From: Owenia fusiformis
Taxonomy: Eukaryota
Assembly: GCA_903813345.2 (NCBI GenBank)
Contig: CAIIXF020000001.1
Location: 4,588,001-4,652,000 of the forward strand
Length of the DNA: 64,000 bases
Direction of reading: 5' to 3'
Numbering within the stretch: the first letter of the stretch is position 1; every line of letters starts with the position of its first letter. This document shows positions 42,813 to 55,700 of this stretch, piece after piece. The position numbers and the translations under genes were made by a program. Below the pieces are notes generated by a model, which saw only the letters and a list, made by a program, of their open reading frames with translations, did not search any database and had not been told where the DNA came from.

Positions 42813-43770
42813 ATTCCTTTTCCTGTAAATATAATTTAAGTGCATTGTATTCATACTCAATTTTCCCGTTTCCTTTTGTTGAATATTTACCATGAGAATT
42901 TACAGCTGTTATTGCTGATAAACTTACATTCCATAAATGCAAATTATGTTTGATTTTGAAAATACAATGTTTATTCCATTTCTGGGGTTCAATGAGATAA
43001 GCAAAGGCAAGGGAAAAGTACTGTTGAGCTCAATATAAAAGATTTCTATATTGAGCTAAATAAACAGTACTTTTCCTTGGCCTATGGAGATAAGTGTTGT
43101 CCATACTAATTTATTTGTTAATTGGAATGTCAGTTCTTTTATTAACACTGTATTTTGTATTGAATCGGAAATAAAAAATATGAATTATTATTAATTTTCA
43201 TGTAGATTTTATTAATCTCTGACTAACAGGTTTTTGTACATTCAGTTATTTTTTGAATATATACAAATACATATAAATATATGTGCAGTTTGTGATACAT
43301 GAAAACTGAACTTTCAGTCTTATGTTCAATTTTTTCCAGTACATGTGTATGCTTGATTCTGACATCAGTTTATACTCACATAGGCAGTCAATCCACATCC
43401 ACATGGATCCACGTTATTTCCACATGGATTCCACGTGGATCGGATAGGGGGCCTGGGTGTATGTAATGAACCTTCATGTCTTCAACATGGAATTTTGTGT
43501 TACTAATTTAACTATCGATAGCCTACCAAAAATATTGGACTTCTCCTAATTAACCAGTCCCCAAGATCAAGAATATCTTCCGAATTCTGTACCCTGGTGC
43601 TTGGAGGAGGCATTTAACTTATCCTAATAGGTATATTATATTTCCACTAGGTGCGAACATCCACCATTGATGTATACTGCAATTTTGAGTTCTAGTCCCC
43701 AACGTGATTCCATAATGCACTTTAATTATTGTGCTATTATATATTGGAGTTGGATGAGTCAGTAAAATTA

Positions 43771-45875
43771 AACCAGAACAACGGCAACGCCAAAGCGTAG
43801 CGAATCCCATCGAACAGAAATGGCTGGCATTTTTACAAACGAAATATATAGCAAATATCATAAAACAACACACCAGAAAGGCCACCATTTTCAAAATGGT
43901 TAGCCAAGTTGTCATCAGAAGAAAAAATATGCTTTTAGTAGCCACCTATAAAATTTTTGAAAAATCGCACACATGTACTTGTGAAATAAGTAAAAAATGT
44001 AAAAATGACAGCCATTTTTTAAAATGGCTGCCTACTATCCAAAGTGTCATGAGACAGTGTGCAAGGCTCGTGAGTATTCACATATCAAATATGAACAAAA
44101 TCGCTTCACTACTTTTCAAGTTATAGTAAAAACGTAAAAATGGTGGTCATTTTTCAAAATGGCCGCCTACTACCCAAAGTGTCATTAGACAGTGTGCCAT
44201 GCTTATAGTATTCACATATAAAATATGAAACATACCAAATATGAATAAAATCGCTGAACTACTTTTCAAGTTATAGTTAAAACGTAAAAATGGTGGTCAT
44301 TTTTCAAAATGGCCGCCTACTACCCAAAGTGTCATTAGACAATGTGCCATGCTTATAGTATTCACATATAAAATATGAAACATACCAAATATGAACAAAA
44401 TCTCTGAACTACTTTTCGAGTTATAGTAAAAAACGTTAAAATGGCAGCCATTTTTCAAAATGGCCACCTTCTACCAAAAGTGTCATTAGACAATGTGACA
44501 TGCTTATAGTATTCACATATAAAATATGAAACATACCAAATATGAACAAAATCTCTGAACTACTTTTCGAGTTATAGTAAAATACGTTAAAATGGCAGCC
44601 ATTTTTCAAAATGGCCACCTTTTACCAAAAGTGTCATTAGACAATGTGACATGCTTATAGTATTCACATACCAAATATGAACAAAATTGCTTCACTACTT
44701 TTGGAGTTATTGTAAAATACGTTAAAATGGCGGCCATTTTTCAAAATTTTTTCAAAATGGCTGCCTTCTACCAAAAGTGTCATAGGACAGTGTGCCATGC
44801 TTATAGTATTCACATACCAAATATGAACAAAATTGCTTCCCTACTTTTCGAGTTATAGTAAAATACGTTAAAATGGCGGCCATTTTGAAAAATGGCCGCC
44901 TTCTACCAAAAGTATCATAGGACAGTGTGCCATGCTTATAGTATTCACATACCAAATATGAACAAAATCGCTCCACTACTTTTCGAGTTATAGTAAAATA
45001 TGTTAAAATGGCGGCCATTTTTCAAATTTTTTTTCAAAATGGCCGCCTTCTACCAAAAGTGTCATAGGACAGTGTGCCATGCTTATAGTATTCACATACC
45101 AAATATGAACAAAATCGCTCCACTACTTTTTGAGTTACAGCAAAAATCGTAAAATAACGAGTAAAGGCCGCCATTTTTCAAGATGGCTGCCATGTGCTTT
45201 TTTAATATCTACATTTGTAGCTTTATTAACCCTTTCCCGACGTGAATATAAGAGGAAAATGTTGGCTCTGGTGACGGATAAGTAAGAGCAGTTTTTAGGG
45301 GAAAACTGCAAAATACCTACGCCCCGGGACCTATACCCTGAATTTTATCACTGAAATACAATTTTTAGTAAGGATTATCACATTAGAACAACTTGTCAAA
45401 ATTTGGTGTAAAAATACTGAATAGAACTGGAGATATTGTCATTTCATTGATGTATATAGATAAAAATAATGGTGCCAAAAGGAGCCTATCGTCCTGAAAG
45501 GTATAACATAATAGGGCTCCATATGGAGCCTATCGTCGTGAAAGGGTTAATGTCCTTTATAATTTTTTTACACTTAAAACATATTGCTATTACAGTTTTA
45601 CATATTGTACCTAAATTACTGTAAAATCGGCACTAAAATGGCCGCCATTTTGAAATGAGCGGCCATTTTGAAAATCGGCTTTCGAGCAGAACTTCTACCC
45701 CCATAGGGTATATGTGTACAAAATATGAACAAAATCGGGCCAACGGTATTTGAGTTATTGCCTGGATGGACGGACGGACGTACGTACGGACGGACGTACG
45801 TACGGATGGACGTACGTACGGACGGACGGACGGAGGCGTTCCCTATATCCCTCCGAACTTCGTTCGATGGGATAA
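43771..45875 (-). mobile_element. DINE-1/HINE-type element of a second family with ~125-140-bp internal tandem array
   Basis: 12-bp subterminal inverted repeat ATCCCATCGAAC (43804-43815) / GTTCGATGGGAT (45862-45873), terminal hairpins CGAAC-TTC-GTTCG and ACGC-CAAA-GCGT, (GGAC/GTAC)n microsatellite 45763-45833, ~9 units with GGCGGCCATTTTTCAAAATGGCCGCC. Confidence 0.82.
45230..45546. mobile_element. Non-autonomous piggyBac-type element
   Basis: TTAA TSD (45226-45229, 45547-45550); TIR CCCTTTCCCGACG / CGTCGTGAAAGGG; subterminal direct repeat GGAGCCTATCGTC(C/G)TGAAAGG. Confidence 0.88.
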
Positions 45876-46540
45876 CTAAATAAAATGAATTAACAAAACA
45901 TACCATCTTTATCAAAAAGCAGTTGCATCAAATAGTATTCCTAGATCTTGATTAACTCTATGTTGATGATCAACAAATACTTGGACAATTCTGACAAGTC
46001 GTTGTCATAAAATTCATTTAAAATGACACGCCACTAGAAGACGTGTACAAAGTTCAACAGTAATCAACCTTTGCTAGAGGCCCAATCATAATAGTTCAAC
46101 ATAAAATACACTAAAACCTCATGCTACAAATCGAATATGGTATCCAAGACAACACTGTTCTTCGCCTCTTCAAGCATATGTACACATGTTACAAAAACAA
46201 GTTATCTCAATGCGCAAAATTGTGCACTATAATGTTTTAATATGAATTGATTATATCTATTTTGAGGTAAACAAAGTGCCAACTCATTCTTGACCAGCTT
46301 TAATGAGTCAATATATAGAACTGGACATATCACTAAGAATCCTGGTATTGTTTATTGTTTATTTCTTTTTACCATTTGCCAATTTTGTACAAGGTTGCCA
46401 AGTTAAATCTTTCTCAATAATGAGTCATGATATGTTTTTCCTAAAGTCAGCCAATCTTCTAAAAATGGTAAATTCACTAAATAAAACCAGTTTACAATAC
46501 ATGTATATGCAAGTTAGAACAGCTGTATTATATAAATGTT

Positions 46541-46690
46541 CAACAAATAATATTGCCTGGTCGAAATTAAATTCTGTATTCTCCAACACAATAATATTGC
46601 CTGGTCTAAATTAAATTCTGTATTCTCCAACACAATAATATTGCCTGGTCTAAATGAAATTCTGTATTCTCCAACATAATAATGTTGCCT
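46541..46690. repeat. 44-bp tandem repeat x3 in RTF2 3' UTR
   Basis: TATTGCCTGGTCTAAATTAAATTCTGTATTCTCCAACACAATAA at 46551, 46595, 46639. Confidence 0.9.
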
Positions 46691-46738
46691 GTTCCATCCT
46701 GCCCTCCTTGAATGTATAATATGTATGATAGAGTCTAC

Positions 46739-49700
46739 TCAGTAATATAATGGGTTCATGGTCACCCAATGTGCAGTTTTGGCTTTCTTCCCAGCTTCAC
46801 TTGTGGTGAATAGAGATTTAAAAGCATTAGAAGCTTTAGGATCATTTTGAATGCTCCCATCTTTTTTAAGTTTGTCTTCTGGCTTGTTATTGGTCAATTT
46901 GGATTTGCTATCTTTTTTCCCATTGGTCAGTTTTGATTTTGGGTGTGTTCCATTGAGAGAAGAGCTTGTTCCTGGCTGTGGGTCTAGCTTGGCTTGTTTG
47001 CTTGATGGTCCCTCATCTGAAAAAATATATATCAGATGTAAGGGATTATCTTAGTTTTCAGTATTACAAGGGGTTTGCTAAATATCTAAAGATACATATC
47101 TAATGTTCAATTGGTGTTTTCAAAGAGGAATTGTGACATGGTCTCCTTATTATACTATACTTGAGTGGGTTTGGGGTAGATATCACCTGGGAATATATAT
47201 CATACCTGAGGAGCGGGCAGGATATATTGTATATGTCCCACCCAAGGCCAAATGCAGGTATATATAATATATCCATCCCACTCCCGGGAATTTTTCAATA
47301 TAATTGTAAATATAATTATGAATCTGTCGAGTCAAATTCTGTGAAAACATAACCCTTATATATTTGAAATCAATATAGAACTCATATTTCTTGATAATCT
47401 TATCCTTGGAGAGTGTGATACTCATTTGCCTAAGAGTGATTGATAATCCCTGGTCTGGATTTTTATAATTCCAAGATGACTGATTGTCAATGGTTTTTCA
47501 TAATTTTCACCAAAGGATCTTACCTGCTACACTCAGACTGGATTCTGCAGCTTTCTTTTTCTTAGATTTCTGCAAAAAGAATAAAAAGTCATGTAATATC
47601 TAAGACACACGGTACTTATCAGCATAATTACCAATTCGAAAATTGGTAACTGTATAAGCTGTGAACAAAGTCAATATCACCTGGTTTTTATTCGTTGATA
47701 CAATACCTGGTCTGTACTAAGTGTTTCGTTCAGTGCTAACTGCTTAACCAGAAGTAGGAAATGAAGTGACAATTGAGTTATCATGTTCGAATCGTAATAT
47801 AGACCTCAATTTAGGTATTATATTGAGTAATAAATACCTTAGGGGTAGGTACAAAAGCATTTGAACCCCTCACTCCCCTCCGTCATTCGTAATACAAAAA
47901 ACGTTTGTTACTAGCCCTGCAATATTAGTTGATATAATACCTGCTCTTCAGTCTATATTTCTTAAATACCACTCTCTATTTTTGAATACATTTCTTAATT
48001 CAATCTTTCATTTCTTCAAAGAGTGTAAAATTGTTGAAAAACAATAACATAACGTACTTTCTCCAACTTTGCCTTGAGTCTCCGTGCATCCATTTTCATG
48101 ACCATCTCATCCACATCATCTTCTGTGCCATTCAGGACAACAATATCTGCATCAGTAACAGCAGCCCCACACTGGAAATATACATGAACAATGGTGAATA
48201 AGCTTATTCATAGTTTTAATCGCTTGACTTCTCATTATTTTTCATATTTTTGCCAATTCTGCACAAATTGGAATATAGCAAGCATCATATCAATGCTATC
48301 AACACTTTCTAAATATAATTTGTGAAGATTGGATTAAGACTGTCAAAGATCAATTTTAGTGAAAAACTCTATGGCATATTATGTTATCCCTTTAGATCAT
48401 TGGTCCAATTTTTTGTGCAAAGAAATCTTGTCACTCTAGTAAGTCAAGAGGTCTTTAAGAAATTCCCTGATAATATCTGGCTTTTTCCTGGCTTTAAACT
48501 TTATCTTTAAACTTTTTATCTGACACAATAATTTTGGTTTGTGAAAATACATTGACATTAACATTAACTTTTTCCAATCAAAAACTTCCTTCATTGAATT
48601 TTTCCTTGTCATAAAAATGATAGGTTCAGTGATAGAAGTTACTCAATCTATACTACTCAATGCTAAGTGAACCTTAATGAATTAGATAATAAAATAGAAT
48701 TTTAATGTTTGATTATTAGCATAGCAAGTTGACTACTTATAGTGCTAAAGGTGGTGTGAACCTTTCATGGGCAAAGATGAATATAAGTAAGAACCACATC
48801 TTCTTTACGATTATGATGTCAATAAAATGAATAAGCATGCCATTACAGTATTGACTAGCAATCAAAATGCATTGAATGACCTAATATATCATTATCAATT
48901 GATAAATAACACTGTAATTGCCTTACACATAACAAGACATTAACAGGTGGCAACATGTGGCTCATTCACATACATAGTAATATTAAAATCTAATTTTTTT
49001 TAATTTTACATAATCACTGTCTCAATGAGAAAAGCATTTAATATTTTAATATGAAACTGAATTTTCATCACGTCTTACTGTTTATAGAATGTACAGTTTA
49101 ATTAAAAATCTATAACTGCAGTCTGACATGTTTTATAGACATTGATTTTTCCATATCAATCTTACAACCAGCTGGTAAAATGAAGATCTCAAATGTAAAA
49201 GGTAAGATATGAAATCAATACAAAATCATTGTTATTAACAAGGTGATTCAATTAAATTCCTTTAAAATATATTTTCTATTGCACTAGATTGCAGTAAATA
49301 TTGTGGTGTGTAATGGCAAATGCATGACTTGAGCGAATTAATCTGAAAAACATAACAAAATTTTATAATTAAATCAATTCAAAGTAGGATAAATGAGTCA
49401 AAACATATATATTGAAAGCTCAATAAAACTGTTTATTTTTAGTTGAGTATTCTCGGATCACACGAGTTCTTATCATGATGCTGTATTTAAAACGCTTCAA
49501 AGCAAGGATGCTTCTTGTGACTATTATATGTCTCTCTCTGGCCTTACTCATGTACAACATATTCTGGAATGACCCTATTCATGCAAACCCAGAATTTGCA
49601 AAATGGCAGAAGATTTTCGATGAGAGCAATAAACCTCGAGGGGTTTTTGTCGCAAAAAATGACTCTTATGATGCAATTGATCATGACGATAATGTGATTG

Positions 49701-52700
49701 ATGATCCTATTGATGAGCCGTTTATTTCACGAGTCAAACAATTTAAACTGAATTGTTCAGGAATAATTAACGGTGATGCTCAAGTTATAAGTGAAACTAA
49801 AATTGCTCTTCATGGGAGTAACAAGGAAGTGATCAGTAGCGATTATTTCATCACCGCAACAAAGACATGTAGAGAATTCCGCAAGGACTTTGGCTATAGC
49901 AACATCACAGTTAGTGACATAGAAAAGGAGTTCCCTATAGCTTATATACTCTCTGTGCACCATAATGTAGAACAAGTGGAATTTCTCCTCCGTAACATAT
50001 ATTCATCTCAAAATCTTTACTGCATTCACTTGGATAAGAAATCTACAGAGAGCTTTCAGGATGCTATACAATACATAGCTAGATGTTTTGATAATGTCAT
50101 GGTCTCCTCTAAACTTGAAAATGTAGTGATCGGAGGGCCTGGGAGACTGAAAGGTGAAATCAACTGTATGCGAGACCTACTTAATAAAGATCAGCAGTGG
50201 AAATATGCAATTAACCTTGCGGGGACAGACTTCCCATTGAAAACCAAAGAGGAAATCGTTCAACATTTGAAGACTTTGAATGGACAGAATGACATTGCAG
50301 GAGTTGAACAGTTTGATGAATCAAGAACAAAATATGTCCACAAAATGGTGGGATCATCTGATAACTGGGTCGTTGCAAAAACTGATGAGCTGAAACAACC
50401 ACCTCCTTTAAATATATCATTATACTCAGGAGTGGAATACTATCTTGCTAGTTACAAGTTTGTACAGCATGTTGTGTTTGATTACCTAGCAACAAGTCTT
50501 TTAAAGTGGTCCCTAGATACATTATTCCCCGAGAAGACATATTGGGCAACATTACAGCGTCAGCAAGGCACCCCAGGTGGTACCCTCGACACTACTTGGA
50601 GGACAATGGCTCGTATTATGAAACTGAAATCTACAGAGGGGAAATACAATCCTCCATGTGAAGGCATGTATACTGGTAATGTATGTGTTCTGGGTGTAGA
50701 GGACTTGCCCTATATAGCAAATCAAGACAGGTTATTTGCTGGTAAGCTTGACTTGTACTATGACCATTATGCACTTTATTGTATGATGGAGAGACTAGCT
50801 CCTAGCTTTAGACAGATGAACAAACACATAGTAGCTGATCAACAAGCCATTCCGAGGCTTCTAGTTGATAAACCAAATGAAGCAAATAATGTTATAAATC
50901 CTGGACATGAAGTAGTGAACCCTATAAGGGAAAACAATGTTGTTGAAGTTAATCTATAGATGGTCGAAAGGATTGGAAAATTAAAATGTTTATCATCATC
51001 CAATCAACACGCTTCATGAATATTCATGGACACTATATAAAATGTCAGGAGCTTGATTTCATTTACAATTTTACTTGCACCAAATGAAAAGAAGTTCCTC
51101 TGTACATAACCTCTTTCACATAGATTAGCATGTGCCTGTACCTGTAGCAGAATCCTTAAAAATGGTTTTAATTCTACTCTCTTTGAATAAGAGATCTTTT
51201 AAACTAGCCTTATTTAGGCAGATTAGGTCAAACAAATTAAGCTTAGTCAATGAAAAATGCAGTTGCAGAATATCATTTCATACTCAAGCTCCAATTGAAG
51301 GCCATTACAGATACATATGGGGTCATTAAGATCAGCATCAAAACTTTACAGCTGTCTTTTGTAGTGAGAGGGTCATTATTATTACTGGCCTCTTGGTTTC
51401 AGGATTCTGCAACAGCTGTGTTCGTTCATGACCAATTAATCTACTTTCATTGTTGCATGTACAATCACATTTTATTGACAATCAATTTTTAATAGAACTA
51501 TGAAACGCTTTAGAATCAAGTATTCTTTTTTATTATATACCCAATATGTAACACTAATCCTGATAGGTCAATACCTAGTCACATGTCCCGAAATAGATTT
51601 ACTATCTCCCTTCGAAAGTTATATTCCCTCAAATGAAAGAAGCGGGAATATACATTTGAACTATTGCCCGCTGAGGTCACGATTGCAACTTCTATTACCC
51701 TTGGAAACGTCTGCGCATCATCAATGCGCAGATGAAAAACAGATAAATTGAGGATAAGCACAAACACAAATCAGCTCCGTTCACCATGACAGACGAGCAT
51801 GAACGAAACAATATACGCAATGTGGATAAAGTTCCCTAAGCTCTATACGTCTGTCTAATTTCAAGTGTTATGATAATCTATTTCACGTGTTAAACGCCAT
51901 TGAATTTGTCAAGTGAGAGTCTCAGAAATTTCTTAGGAAAAAAATTCTGTTGAGCATATTATGACGGACCTGGGGAGGGTTTTTAAGCCCTTTTGGCCTT
52001 CGGGGAGGAACGGGACAAGAGTCAGTATAGGGTATATAATAAAACAAATAGTGACTGCCTAATTTCGAGCAATAGTGTAAATGATTTCCCCTTGGGAATA
52101 TCCTCTGTAATGTACTATTCCCTCAGCCTATTTGTCACTATTTGTATAATATATGTTGAGTTCATCTAGGGTATAAAGCATTATATTTGTGAATAGTCAA
52201 TATGTAGTGTAAAGTAGTGGTAGTCTTAATCTAATTCTTAAATAAATATTTCACAAGTTTATCTAATTGTCTTCTATAAGATTTGAATATTGTTTTGTCT
52301 GAAAGTATTAAGCATTTTACCCTTGATTTCATAAATTAATACTTTACATCGCAAAGCAATGCCTTCCATTGTATTATAAAGCAATGCTTTCCATTGTATT
52401 ATAAAGCAATGCTTTCCTTTAGATCATTGTCTATCATAGAAAATATAACGTTCAAAATGAAAAAAGGTCAATGAGCCAATAGAGAAAACATTCATTTGGC
52501 AGATAATAAAATAGTGCATCAATTACCAAAGTGCCATCTTTTAGAAAGTGATACTTTTGTAACAAGTTCAGAATGTTCTATTAAACAAAAAGGAGATATT
52601 TAATAATCATTCCACACCTCAAACTGAATTGGAAATTGTAATCAATAGACAATACTGAAGTCATGGAATTGCTTTATCTCCCTTGCATTTGTAATTCTTA

Positions 52701-55700
52701 ATGTTATGGTCTAATGATTTTTCTACTGTCTACTACAATTTTAATGAACATAATGACTGTGAGTTACAGTGGATAGAAACAAGATGAGATATCAAGCATA
52801 AAATGACTCTAAATTCAAGGAGGCAATTCAGCTTTACACTATCATTTTTATATGTGTGTTTATATAGATAGTATAGAACATATTAACTTTATTCATTGCT
52901 CATTCCAATACTCTCAACTACATTGTGTTTTGGATTTACAACAATACAAACCACTATGACATGTCCTTGTGTGTATGCATATATGGAGAAACTTCCTTAC
53001 AAACCACTATGACATGTCCTTGTGTGTATGCATATATGGAGAAACTTCCTTACAAACCACTATGACATGTCCTTGTGTGTATGCATATATGGAGAAACTT
53101 CCTTACAAACCACTATGACATGTTCTTGTGTGTATGCATATATGGAGAAACGTCCTTACCTTATGGCAGACATTTTCTTTGATTTCCTTGATGGCTCTCT
53201 CAGATACAACACATCCACAGCTCCACACAAAACAGAACCTGGTTTAATAGAAAATTGTAGATTAAAATATGTGTGTGAACAACTTACTAATGTGGACATT
53301 TTAGATACAAACCACTCACAGTTTCATATAAAACATGATAAAAGAGAAAAAAATATTTGTTTCTCTTATATGAACAAATCTTTAATGTGATAAAAGTTAG
53401 ATGTTAACACATAATCTTACAAATGAAATGTTTCTTACTTGTGTTTTCCATTCATCTCAATGCCTACAACTGGGCAGATGTACCTAGAGGTGTTAGTGTC
53501 AATGTAGGCATCGCCTTTCTCATTGTCTAGCTTCTTGAAGGCAGGATTGTCAGACAGGTTTAGGGCTTTCACATCCTTAAATGAAATGTATTAGCATTAC
53601 TGATAAGAGTGGAAGGGGGACAGAGCCTATACAGGTATTGCCTTTTTCATTGTTTGGTTTCATTATCAGATATAGGGCTTTTACATCCTTAAATGAAATG
53701 TACGAGGGTTCCTTATAGCATGGGAGGGGGACAGAGTCTAAGTAGGCATTGCCTTTTTATGTGATTACTTCAAGGCAGGATTATGAAGTTTAGGACTTTT
53801 ACATACAATGTACTTCATAATATCATTGGCTTTAAAACATCTATTAGGGTTGGAATTAGTGTTGTCGCGATTAATCGATACATCGTGATATACATCGCCA
53901 AAGCTGGTTCTGGCGATGCATCGATGTCTGAAACAAAACATCGATGTTTTTGAAAAAAATAAATTTGCTAAAAATCGCCCTTTCTTATCTTATTTTGACG
54001 CAAATTGCTTACCTTTTTTCATGTCTTATTACATTTTCCAATGTTTTCTGATATTCTTTCGCTTTATAACTGTTTTAGCTAGTCGAAATGAACCATTAAT
54101 CTAAAAAAATTACTTTACTTTCATTTCACCGTTACTAGAAGTTCCCGGATGTACCACCGTACTCTTATTAATTTGTTCTGTTCGGTATTTTAGTGCATTA
54201 GCGTTCGGTATTTTAGTGCACTTTTCTCTAACTTTTTCTCGATGTACATCGCGATGTGCATCGATGTTTACTACTGAAAATTGCCGATGTATCGATGTAC
54301 GATTATGCCACATCGCTACAACACTAGTTGGAATTCATAAAGTATGGTAGTGGGGATGGTGATGATTGGTTCAATATGGGCATGACATTTCATCCTTGAT
54401 CAGCTGTAGATATTTCACATCCTCAATGAAATGAAATGAAATGTGCTTTGTGCAATTGTGCTTTACAAAACTAGTTAACAAATGTGTCTCTTTAAACCAC
54501 AAAGGATGGGGACTAAGGGAGTGCTCCATATATACTTCATACTACATTAAAGAACAATATTATGTTGTTTAGTAATATGAAACCCACCTTCAATCCTCTA
54601 ATATGACTGAAGTTTGCAGCAGATTCAAATTTTGTCTTATCTAAGAGATACTCCAATACAGACTCTTTATTGTACAACCTGCAACCAAATCTAATACAGT
54701 AGAAACACAAAACACATGTTAGTATAACAAAAAGGTTGAGAAATACTGTGTTAGAAAAATTGGATAACCCAACATGATCATTCTGTAATACTTGATATTT
54801 CAAATGAGTGATTCATAGAATTTGCAACAAGGGTTCAAAATACAAATAAAATATGAACATATAATGATGGTACTTATACTTTAGTTTCACACGTTAGTGC
54901 CAAATTTTACCGTTCCTTTATTTTCTGTCAAATGCGACTACAAATATGGTAATGCTTCTCTTACCTCCCTAGTTCACAGGCCACTATGGGAGATCTGAGA
55001 GGCTCCTGAGTTATAGCACAGTGCTTCCATTTGGCAGCTAGCTCAGCTTCTTTGTCTTTCTGAAATGAAAAGATAGTATTGAAATTCAAAAATCCTAGTG
55101 TCTTTGAAAAGGTATGGATCAAAATTACATGGTAAAAGGTGTAGAGAATGCAAATTTTTACCTTTGTATTCAGAGCCAACCTTTTCCAGCATCGGCCTTC
55201 GCTCAAAATAGAGATGGCTTGACAAAAATTGCCAAATGTCATAAGTGTAATTTATGATTGAAAACAAAAACGATGGTGACAGACATTCATGGTGACAGAC
55301 ATTCATAGTTGTAGAATATTACAGTTTGCATAGTTGTTTATTCATCAATTATATCAATGTTCAGTGTACAGGCAACTGACACCCATGCAAGTGTATATAG
55401 TTACAACTGATTATATTACATAATTGTATTAATCAAGATGACAAGATATAAAACTGTTCTTAAAGATAGAAATATTGAATTTGACATACTGAAATTTTAA
55501 ACAATAAGTGAATAACAAATTGATGTGGACATAATTACACCATATGCACCAATTTCAAATGGAAGTGGTAAAGATGAGCCTGTCATGACAACTAATGTCT
55601 TCTGAACAGCTTAGTAATATTGCATAGCTGAGTGCATACACATATAGTCACATAAATTACATAGCCATTTCTCATCATCAAAATTCTGATCGCAGGCAAA

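Noticed and set aside
43390-43450. CCAC(A/G)TGG palindrome cluster
   Set aside because: Too short; probably the end of a decayed transposon.
45616-45915. 99-aa ORF with SVRP repeats and 44436-45018 KMAAIL ORFs
   Set aside because: Translations of the microsatellite and tandem units of the HINE-type element.
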